From Antechinus flavipes (lineage: Eukaryota), in NCBI RefSeq assembly GCF_016432865.1, contig NC_067401.1:205592001-205656000 (forward strand): a stretch of DNA of 64,000 bases, read 5' to 3'. The notes under the pieces were generated by a model, which saw only the letters and a program-made list of their open reading frames with translations, ran no database searches and had not been told where the DNA came from. Of the stretch, positions 1 through 10,424 are shown in pieces (within the stretch, counting starts at the first letter, position 1; each line of letters starts with the position of its first letter). The translations under genes and the position numbers were made by a program.

Positions 1-204
1 AGAGAAGATGGGGAGGGGAAGCTCTTGGCTCAAATTGACTAATCTGTTTAGAGATTATGAGATTAACTCTTGAAGGATTAAATCCAGGATAAAAGTGTCT
101 TTCTGTACAAAGCTACAAAAACAAAAGAAAACAACAAAAACCATCCTTCAAAATACAAATTGTAAATAGAATTCATATGAGCCTTTGAACCCTCAAATAA
201 CCTC

Positions 205-1443
205 TTTTTTTATTATAGCTTTTTATTTACAAGTTATATGCATGGGTAATTTTACAGCATTGACAATTGCAAAACCTTTTGTTCCAATTTTTTCCCTCCT
301 TTCCCCCACTCCTTCCCTCAGATGGCAGGTTGACCAATACATGTTAAATATGTTAAAGTATAAATTAAATACAATATATATATATATACACATGTCCAAA
401 CGTTATTTTGCTGTACAAAAAGAATCAAACTTTGAAATAGTGTACTATTAGCCTGTGAAGGAAATCAAAAATGCAGGTGGACAAAAATAGAGGGATTGGG
501 AATTCTTATGTAGTGGTTCATAGTCATCTACCAGAGTTCTTTCACTGGGTGTAGCTGGTTCAGTTCATTACTGCTCTATTGAAGCTGATTTATCTCATTG
601 TTGAAGAGAGCCATGTCCTTCAGAATTGATCATCATATAGTATTTACTATATAATGTATAGTTGAACTATATAATGATCTCCTGGTCTTGCTCATTTCAC
701 TCAGCATCAGTTCATGTAAGTCTCTCCAAGCCTCTCTGAAATTATCCTGCTGGTCATTTCTTACAGACCAATAATATCCCATAATATTCATATTGTAATG
801 CCGGAGAAACTGAGGCAGGAAAGAGATTAGAGAGTTTTTCATATTTTATTAATAGGAGAGTAAGATTGACTGGACAGGACTCTCATCTCAAATTATTCAG
901 TCAGAGAGAGATACTGGGACCAAGGAATCCATGTTGGTTCCAGAGCTGGAGGAGACTGTCATCCCAAAGAATCCAGCATCCAGAATCCAGCCTCCAGCCT
1001 CTAGCCTCCAGCAATGAATGGAGGAGCCCCAACTTCTTAAATACCTTTTCTCTAAACAAAGGAAGGGGTAAGAAGCTGTCAGGATGGGGGAGGCTATAAA
1101 TCCTAAAAAAAAAATCCCAGAGACAGAATGTCTGAATTCACAGAGATATCTTGGAATATTTTAGAGGGATATAGTAAATTCTTGAGGACAGAAAAGAATC
1201 AGGAGGTCTACTCTCTTGTTTATCTTGCTAACAATTTATAACCTTAGAGTAATTGGTCCTCAGTCAGACCAGGGGGGGAGTTTACAACTTAGGGGATTGA
1301 CACAGAACAGTTAAAGAAACTGAGAAAAAGGAAACTAGTGCAGGGAAACTGAGTCAGGACAGTTAAAGAGAACTGTGGCATAACAATATACCACAATTTA
1401 TTCAGCCATTTCCCAATTGATGGGCATCCACTCAGTTTCCAGC
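205..1443 (-). mobile_element. L1 3' fragment (ORF2 end plus 3'UTR), antisense, split by an LTR insertion at 794-1385
   Basis: Poly-T from 205. Reverse complement resembles the L1 at 18102-19168. The 633..842 minus ORF gives the L1 ORF2 C-terminal motif (YYWSVRNDQQDNFREAWRDLHELMLSEMS). Removing 794-1385 and one ATAT restores contiguous L1 sequence. Confidence 0.85.
794..1385 (-). mobile_element. Solo ERV LTR, 592 bp, with 4-bp TSD
   Basis: Termini tgtaatgcc...ggcataaca (imperfect 9-bp inverted repeat, TG...CA). ATAT at 790-793 and 1386-1389. Minus-strand TATTTAA (1037-1043) lies upstream of minus-strand AATAAA (845-850). Short internal tandem repeats are typical of U3. Confidence 0.8.
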
Positions 1444-2749
1444 CTCAATCTCTTAATCCATTAGTCAGGATGATGATTTTCTAACCATTTAATTTAATAT
1501 TTTATTTTCCCCAATTACATGTAAAAAGTTTTATAATATTGTAAAAACAATTTTTAAATTCTTTTTTTTTTCAAAATTTGAGTTCCAGATATTCCAGCCC
1601 CTTGAATTTAGCACCATCAAATTTCCATAGTTTTTCCTTATCATTTTACACTTTTTATAGCAAAACTTCAAACTCATTTTGCCATTAAAATTATCTTTAT
1701 TGGACTGGCTGAAAAATAAAAACATATTAGGCAAAAAGTTTAAAGATCTAAACAACCCTTAGTAATTAGTTTTCTCATCTATTGCTCGAGGAGAGAAAAT
1801 AGAACAGTGGAATAGGCTTGCCTTACTTCCAGCAATTTCTCTGGAAGCAAGAATTCAGTCACTGTTTGCTAGATTCCCTTAGTAAGCCAAAGTTAGAGTC
1901 AAGGAAAGGAAAAGGCTCCAGCTGCTAAAAGGCGTCTCTTATCTCCTGGAAAGAGTTGTTCACTTGTGGCTGTCACTTCTACCACACCTACACACTCTCT
2001 CTCTCAAACTTTTTTCTGGACCCACTTCAGAGAGATTTCTCCAACTTCCTCTATGTCAGAAATTCCACCTCCAGTCCTATTTCAAGATAAGGGCCCTCTC
2101 TTCTCTTGGGAAAAATATATCTCCCAGAGTCCCTCAGTGAAATCCACTTCATTTGTATGTCATGGTATCAACTCCTTCATGTCATAGTCAACTTGTAAAA
2201 TGAAGGACAAACAACAATGTGTATGTGTTTGTGTGTTTAATTGTATTCAATCTTCCTTTATTCAATTCAGAGGAAAATGAACTTTACAGGATGCCCATCT
2301 CCACCCTTTCCTCATAACTATATGCTCTTCATCTTATGTACTTTTATTATAAAATTGAAGTTTCCCTCCCTTTCTTCCTCCTTTCCTTTCCAGGATAGTT
2401 CCCTGTCCCTCTTATTTTTATATTCTTCTAAATCATGAAAACTAGAACAAAACAATCCACAAGCCCTCTGTCATTTTAACTTTTCTATGTCCCTTCTTTA
2501 AAGATAAAGATATCAGAAGACATTTTTGTTAACCTCCTATTAATATGTAAACAATCCATTTCCACATTTTCTTTGTCAATTATACAAATGTGTGCCTTTC
2601 TGTGTTTCTCTTGGTATCTGCATTAAATTTCTAGGAATAACACAAAAGTATATCAAAGACAGAAAAAAAAAATTTTCCTTCTAAGGGGAGACTTTTCTCG
2701 AATTCTTCCTCTAGTTACTTATTAGTACCTCTTTACCAATCCACCTAAA

Positions 2750-3200
2750 TTACCTAGTATCTATATATCTAGTAGTAATGTTATGACATATTACTATGCC
2801 TGGCTGATGAGCAGGATTGTCAAAGTGATCGCTCTCATTTACTGCTGCTCACCTTATGTGAGTTGGGTTATTCTTTCCCAAAAACTACCTCAGGTTTGAC
2901 TTTCTAGTCTCTAATTTCTTGTCCTTTGGAGGAGTAGTTTTCCTCTGAAACCAGACACAGGAAAACAATGAGAAGAGAAAAAGGCACTTATCATACCTGT
3001 CCCAGGACATCTTCGCCTCCTCCAGCCAAAGCTGTTGAATCATTTGATCACAAAATAAACTACTTTAAATGTCTCTCTTCCTTTCTACCCTAGTAAATTA
3101 GAAAAATATGGATCAATATTTCTATTTCTAATATATTAAACCCCTAGTAAGAGAACTTTACCAGCAAAATATTCTACAATTAGCAAATATATTTCTCTTC
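2750..3200 (-). mobile_element. Very old LINE endonuclease remnant (CR1/L2-like, family uncertain)
   Basis: Minus-strand translation shows decayed APE motifs in the expected order: VLLLG(D)FN-like at ~3135-3160, GEDVLGQV-like at ~2995-3020, and ESDHF at ~2820-2835. Many stops. Confidence 0.3.
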
Positions 3201-3543
3201 CACATTTTACTATGCAATGCTCATCTTCCTTTCCTTCTATCTCTTCTTTTTTCTCTTTCTCTCAATAATGAAATATATAAATCATCATTGCAATGATTAG
3301 CCACTTTTATTTAATGTAAGCAGGAAGTTAATGGTGTCACCACGTTGAGGCAATTCTCTCTGAGACCTCCCTCTTCCTTCTACTGCTCTTAGCTAGTTCT
3401 GGCATGGCTTCAGCTGCCCACTTTAGTTTTGCAGAATGGTTCTTTTTGCCAGTTCTGTGGTTCAGACAAATTCCCTAGGCACCAAATAGGAAGATAATGG
3501 GGAATTTTTCAGATCAGAAGCCAATCTCTCCAGGATCCTATTG

Positions 3544-3558
3544 AATATATACATATAT

Positions 3559-3593
<35 letters not shown>

Positions 3594-3610
3594 GCATATT
3601 TATACATATT
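3544..3610. repeat. Compound (AT)n/(GT)n microsatellite
   Basis: atatatacatatatatgtgtgtgtgtgtgtatatatatatat seen directly. Confidence 0.9.
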
Positions 3611-3734
3611 ATATTTACTTAAATACCTATGTGTTGTTTCCCTCAATAGAATATAAATCCCTTGAGGGCAAGGACTGTTTCATTTTTGGTTTTGTATCTC
3701 TAATACATAGCAGAGTACTTGCTGATCAACTGCT

Positions 3735-3930
3735 TTAGTCATGTCTGACTTTTTGTGACCTCATTTGGGGTTTTCTTGGCAGAGATAATGAAATGGTTCA
3801 TCATTTTCTTCTCCAGTTCTTTTTACAGATGAAGAAACTGAGGCAAACAGAGTTAATTGGCTGAGTATCTGAGACTGGATTTGAATTCAGGTCTTCTTGA
3901 CTCCAGTACTAGAGTTCTAACCTAGTTGCC
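3735..3930 (-). mobile_element. MIR-core / Mar1-type SINE
   Basis: Contains ...ttggggttttcttggcagag...ttttacagatgaagaaactgaggc... (CORE-SINE core plus RTE-like tail). Similar copies at ~6255-6480, 14020-14240, 26090-26440, 27690-27880 and 52970-53220. Confidence 0.75.
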
Positions 3931-4044
3931 CTATCTGGCATATACTAGATGCTTAAAAAATGTTTGTTGCCTGACTGATTGTCACGTCCTGGTGTCCATT
4001 GCTAAATATCTTTTGTTTAGAGATTAGGGGCTCTGGAATAAGCT

Positions 4045-4280
4045 CATCTGGTACAAATTCAAAGGGGCAACTCACAACTTTATCACCACTTACTCCCTCA
4101 CCATGGTGAATACTATGTCTGGGCTCTGAAACAATTATGTCAAGATGCCAGACCAAAAAAACACCTGTGAGAACCCTCCATTCACCACAATTAAGACATA
4201 AGTGGGAAAAGACCCAGGAGCCCCTACACTGTGGGACTTGCAGCTGCACACTTACTCCCAACCTCAACTGGCCCCTTTGC
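4045..4280. promoter_or_regulatory. Candidate PTCRA upstream T-cell enhancer
   Basis: Dense motif cluster in non-repeat DNA: E-boxes CATCTG 4045, CACCTG 4162, CAGCTG 4241; TCF-like TTCAAAG 4058; RUNX ACCACA 4184; CSL/RBPJ GTGGGAA 4202; Myb/E-box CAACTG 4265. About 6.2 kb upstream of the PTCRA ATG. Confidence 0.45.
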
Positions 4281-4964
4281 CTCCTTTACTTACTCTTTCT
4301 CTCTCTCATTCTCACCACATGTTCTATTCACTGTCAGGTATAAGCTGGTAAAAAAGAAAAAAAAAAATCAATGGCTCCACAATATACTTGTTTAGCTGCA
4401 GGCCCTGAGAAAAGTGCCAGTGAAATTCAGCTATTCTGGGTATGGCTGGACAGTTTTCAAGGGATCTTGCACAGACAGCCCAAAGAGCTTCCTGTCCCTT
4501 CTTCTCTTGATCTACCCATTCTCTCTACTGACACAGGCGGTCAATGATGGTGCAGTCTGTCTTTGGCTAGTGGTGGCTCAAACATCAGGACTGGGTTTCA
4601 GAGTCAAGACTCCAGAGTCTTACACTCTGGAAGGAAAAGGAAAATACCAAAGCCAATCGGCAGTCCTAGAGAAAGTGAAGTACTAAGAGAGAAAACTGAA
4701 ATATGGAAGAATGACAGAGAGACCCATTTACTACTTCTGGAGTACAAGACAAATGGCTCAGTCATGAGAAATAAGAAAAACTTTAGTTATTAAAACTGGA
4801 GCTCAATGTCAGAGAAGGACCAGACTTGAAGTTGATTGAGGTCCTTAACCCCAAATCCTGGGATCCTTGGATTCCCTCCTTGGGAGCTGAATTTGTCCCT
4901 GAGGCAGGACTGAGTCTAAAGGAGAGATTAAATGATTCCACTTGGGTTCTTTTCAACAATGAGG

Positions 4965-5350
4965 TGATTCAAGGCAATTCTAATAGATTTGTGATGGAAA
5001 GTGCCATCCACATCCAGAGAGAGAACTATGGAGACTGAATGTGGCTCAAAGCATAGTATTTTTACTTTTTTTCTGTTGTTTGCTTTTTTCTTTCTCTTTT
5101 TTCCTTTTGATCTGACTTTTCTTGTACAGCATGATGAATATGGAAATGTTTAGAAGAATTGCATGTTTAACTTATATTGGAGTGCTTGGTATCTGGGGGA
5201 GGGAAGAATGGGGTAGAGAGGAAGAAAAATTTAGAATACAAGGTTTTTGCAAAGGTGAAGGTTGAAAACTATCTTTGTATGTATTTGGAAAACTAAAATA
5301 CGATTGAAATTTTAAAAATAAAATAAAGTAAGCTAGAAAAAATAAATCAG
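4965..5350 (+). mobile_element. Old L1 3'UTR fragment
   Basis: Resembles other L1 3' ends in the window; G-rich segment followed by an A-rich tail. Confidence 0.6.
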
Positions 5351-5479
5351 AAAGAAAATAAATTATTCCACAATGAGTTCTCAGGGATAGACAAGTTCCT
5401 CTATCTTCTGCTACTATTCAAGTAGATTTTTTTTTTCTTGGAATTGTATAAAGATCTCTTGAAGTTCTTCCCACTTTCA

Positions 5480-6065
5480 GTTCCTTCTTCCTCCAATCCA
5501 GCCTTCATATCATTGCACAATTATCTTCCACATATGCAGTTCTGATCACATTATCCCCTTTCTCAAGCCACTCTGAGAACACACTATTGCCTATCAAATC
5601 AAATGCCAGACTGCTTGTCTTGGGATTCAAATCTCTCCAATATGATGTCACCTTTTCCACCTTTCCTCACACTACTCCTGTCTGTATGTCCTATACTCTA
5701 TCAAATTAGCCTATTCACTGTCTTCTGAAAACTCCAGTTTCTATAACTATGTTCACATAATTACCTGAAATGTATTCCCCTGATTTCTGCCTGTTCAATT
5801 CCGGCCCTTTCTTCAAAACCCAGCTCAAATGCCACCTCCTCCTTAAAGCTTTTCGTGATTTCTCCTTTCCCCTCACTCATTTCTTGGCCAATATTGATCT
5901 GCATTTATTATGTTCTCTCTTCACATCATACAAAATATGTTTGTTAGTGACCTGAAAGCAGATGGCTTTTCCTATTAATTTACATACCTCTCCCTTCTTC
6001 CTCACACAATATACCTGTCACAATTCCTTGAACTCAATAGATGCTTAGTAAAATTTTAGTTGAAT
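5480..6065 (+). mobile_element. L2 3' fragment
   Basis: L2-type motifs ctccaatcc..., cagctcaaatgccacctcc, terminal tagatgcttagtaaa...gttgaa. Similar L2 remnants at ~7270-8130, 27900-29150, 54430-55660 and 62940-63290. Confidence 0.55.
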
Positions 6066-9000
6066 CCAACCGAGTTAATTTGGAATGGAATTTGAATTGA
6101 ATAAATGCTATGGGGGATACCTCACATAGGCCAAGGCAGGAATTCTAAGGAAATATCTTAGGAATGCTTGGTCCTAGGAGTAGGAACCTTCCTTTATCCC
6201 TTTTTCTTATCATGTGTTTTGATTGCTATTCCAAAAGGCTGTGGCTTTCAGTTATTCTGACTCTTTGTGACTCTTTTGGGTTTCTCTTGGCAGACATACA
6301 GGGTGGTTTGCCATTTCCTTCTTTGCTCATTTTACAGGTGAGGAAACTGAGGTAAACAGTTAAGTGGCTTGCCCAGTGACTTGTCACACAGCTAGGAAGT
6401 GAGGTCGGATTTGAACCCAAAAGATGAGTCTTTCTGATTCCAATCCCAGTGCTCTATCCACTGTGCCACCTAGCTGCTCCCTCCCAAAGGCAGTTACCTG
6501 AAAGAGATATAAATTCAAATCCCAGCTCTGTCACTTAATATTTTGGACAATGTTCTTTCCCTCTCTGGATTTCTGTTTCTTCTAAAGTGACTTCTAACCT
6601 GGGGTACATATACTCTCATGGGATGTTAAAAGTTTATCAAGGGAGTATAGAGAATATCTTGTAATTAACTGTGTTATTTTATTGAAATATTCTAAAAGTG
6701 TTAGTGAAAAAAATTATAGATTAAAGAGAGAACAACAAGGAAGTAGAAGGGAAGAGAATAACAATTTATGTATTATTTTAAGTATTATATGCCCAATACT
6801 TCACAAGTATTATCTCATTTGATCGTCACAACAACCCTTCAGATAGGTGCTGTTATTATTCCCAATTGATAGATGAAGAAACTGAGGCAAACAGTCATTA
6901 AATGTCTTGCCCAATATCATCCAAAAAACAAATGTCTGATTTGAACTCAAGACTTTCTGACTTTGGGCCCCAGCACTCCATCTGCTGTGCCAGCAGTTGG
7001 CTGACTAGAATATGTTTGGAAGAAAGGGTAAGAAAGACTATAATGGAATCTGAAATTCTGAAAGAAAGAGTTGAAGCTATAATACCTACTCACCAAAACC
7101 AAATAAACATAAACCCTTACCATATTGAGCTTTAAAAAGCCAGCAATTTAAACACAAATGATTTTATCTTTTAAAATAACTAGAAAATGAACTAACTTGC
7201 AATGAAGTTAACAAAAGTTTTTGAGTGCTCATGTAGAACTATATTCCATTATTACTAAACATGCTATAAGGCTTGATGTTCATTTACAACAACTTATCTC
7301 TTTGAATCAGGATTCTTCATCCTATTACAATGGTTTGCTGATTGATTTGCCAATCACAAGCCTCTCCCAACTCCAGCCCATCCTCCACTCACTTCTCAAA
7401 AGTGATCTTTCTAACGTGTAGCTCTGATCAAGTCAATCAAACTCAATAAACTCCAGTGGCTCCTCAACCTCCAGCATCAAGTATGAAATCCTCTATTTGG
7501 CATTCAGACCTTTCATAATTAATTCCCTCCCTTCCACGACTCACTAGCTTTCTAATCTTTTTACACCTTATACTCCACACATACAGAGAGACACTGGCCT
7601 CTTTCCTCTTCCTTGAACAAAATATTCTGTCTTCTGACTCTGGGCGTTTTCATTGGATGTCCTCCCTATCTGGAATGCTCTTCCTCCTCATTTCTGCCTC
7701 CTGGCTTCCTTCCAATCCTAGCTAAAATTCTACCTTCTTTTAGAAGCCTTTCCTGATCTCCCTTAATCCTAATATTTTATATTTTTATTTTCCCCAGTTA
7801 CATGCAAAACTATTTTTTACATTTGTTTTTAAAGAGTTCCAGATTCTCTCCCTTACTCCCCCACCCCATGATCCATTAAGAAGGCACATGTGAAGTTATA
7901 CAAAACATTTCCATAAAATTCCCCCCCTTAATCCTAGTGTCTATCTTTTGTTGACTCTATATTTTTATATAGAGACAAACAAGCTCTATCTCTATTTTGT
8001 TTGTCTATTGTTGTTTGCAATTTGTCCCTCTGATTAGCTCTTTGAGCTCCTTAAAAGCAGGGAATATCTTTTTTGTTTCTTTATATTTCTAGCACTTAGC
8101 ACAGTATCTGGCACATAGTAGGTGCTTCATAATTTTAAAAAATATATATTTATTTTTTAAATTTAATTTAATTTTTATTTTTCCCAATTACATGTGAAAT
8201 TAGTTTTCAATATTCATTTTTGAAAGATTTTGAGTTCAAGATTTTTTTCTCCTTTCTTCACCTTGCGTTCCCCCAAGACAATGAGCAATCTGAAAGAGGT
8301 TTTTCATGTACAATCATTTTAAACATATTTTCATATTAATCATGTTTTGAAATACAAATCAAAACAAAAGAGAAAAACCAGGAGAAAGGAAAAAACAAAA
8401 ACAAAGTGAAAATAGTATGCTTTTGTTGAGTGAAACAAAAGAACCAAGAAAACATTGCACAAAGCATCAGCAGAATTATTCAATGAAAAACTATGATAGA
8501 CTCAGTTCTTCTCGTTGGTTCAGTGATCCAAAGCAATACCAGCATACTTTGGATAGAAAATGCCATCCACCTTCGGAAAGAGAACTGCAAAGACTGAATG
8601 TAGATCAACACATACTATTTTCACCTTTTTTTCCTTATGGTTTTTCTTTTCTGTTCTGATTTTTCTCTCCCAACATGATTCATATGGAAATACATTTTGA
8701 AAAAAATGAATGGACGTGTATAACAAAAAAAATGTTTTTACATGTAACGGGGAAACAAAATAATAATAATAAAAGAAAATAATATGCTTTGATTTGCATT
8801 CAGTTTTTATAGTTCTTTCTCTGGATGTAGATGTCATTTTCCATCACCAGTCTTAATAAATATTTATTGACTGACTATTCTCTTTTTTTAAAAAAAACTT
8901 AATAGTATTTTATTTTGAAATTACATATAAAGATAATTTTCAACATGCATCTTTTTTTATTAAATAACTTTTTATTGATAGAACCCATGCCAGAGTAATT

Positions 9001-10274
9001 TTTTACAGCATTATCCCTTGCACTCACTTCTCTTCCGATTTTTCCCCTCCCTCCCTCCACCCCCCTCCTCAGAAGGCAAGCACTGACTAACTATTCTCAA
9101 TCAAATCTAAAGCAAGAAGAAAATTGAAAACTGAGCATGATATATTTCGTTTTCTTTCAAAAACTATATAGTAGGAATAAAACTGTTGGTTGATAAACAG
9201 AATCAAAGGCTTCATTAAGTAATTTGACGGTGTTCTGATAAACATTTAAAAATTTTGTGATACTACACATATCATTACATAACAAATTAAGTTTCTCCAT
9301 AAATCATTCATTGATATCTTTATTTTATTTTTTATGTGCATGTGCTCTGTTAAACTATAGAACATTTCATGTTGAACAGGGATTATTGGAAGGTTTACTG
9401 AGAGCCAAGAGGTATAAAGACTGAATAGAGCTGCAAAAGCTGATATAATGGAACACTATTTAAAAAAAAATACAAAAGGGATGTGTTCAAAGAAATCTAG
9501 GAAGACTTTTATGAACTTACACAGCAACATAATGGAACTAGGGGAACGATTTATGCAATAACAACATTATAAAAACAAAGATGACTTATCTCTGATCAAC
9601 ATCATGGCCAACCTTGATTTCAGATGATGATCAGATGATATACTGATGATCAAGTATCCTTTTAACAGAGAAGTGATAGATTCAGGATGTAGTGTGAAAT
9701 ACATTTTTGGACATGGACAGTGTAGGAACTTGTTTTGTTTAATTCTGCTTATTTGATACAAGGGTTTTGTTTGTCCTTTTTATTTTAAATTGAGAGAGAG
9801 GGAGAGGAAATAAATGTTTACTTATTGAAAATTATTTTTATTTAATAACAAATTAATACTTACTGTTATAAACAATATAATTATATTAATAAATATTAGT
9901 TGTTAATAAATAAATGAGAAGTGTTAATAAATTAATAAATATAATGTTATGTTTGGCTTATGATAAATTAATACAAAATAATAAAAAAACAAACATTTAA
10001 AAAATAATTTAAAAAATTAATTTAACTTTAAAAGATTTTGAATGAAGGAATTAGACTAGATGAGGTCCCTTCCAACTCTAAATAATACTGAATTTATGTT
10101 GTTGCACACAATTCCAGGGTGGAGGTTTCAAACTTGAAAGAAATTGACCACTGAGACTTACAGATGGATTGGTCAGAGAGCCATTCCTACCTAGAGTGAG
10201 AGACATTTCTTTGGGGTTCCCAGGCATAGGATTAGGAAAAGGGTAGAGATTAGAGGGAGGGGCTAGTCAACTTC

Positions 10275-10424
10275 TGGGAAATAGCTCTGGTTTAGAGCAG
10301 CTCAGTTGCAGCTGGGTCTGTGGTGTGGAAGGTAGTTTTGTGGGCAACGTGGCATGCCATCTCCACCTCCCACCTCTTAGGGAGGGAGCTACAGCTGTAG
10401 CACCTTCACCTCTCAAGCTGGACC
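10275..10424 (+). promoter_or_regulatory. PTCRA proximal promoter / 5'UTR
   Basis: TGGGAA 10275, CAGTTG 10303, CAGCTG 10309 and 10392, RUNX TGTGGT 10319, all immediately upstream of the ATG. Confidence 0.55.

Noticed and set aside
2850-3100. Apparent minus-strand exon-intron-exon structure
   Set aside because: The putative intron is only ~52 nt and the frames close quickly. Better explained as a decayed LINE endonuclease.
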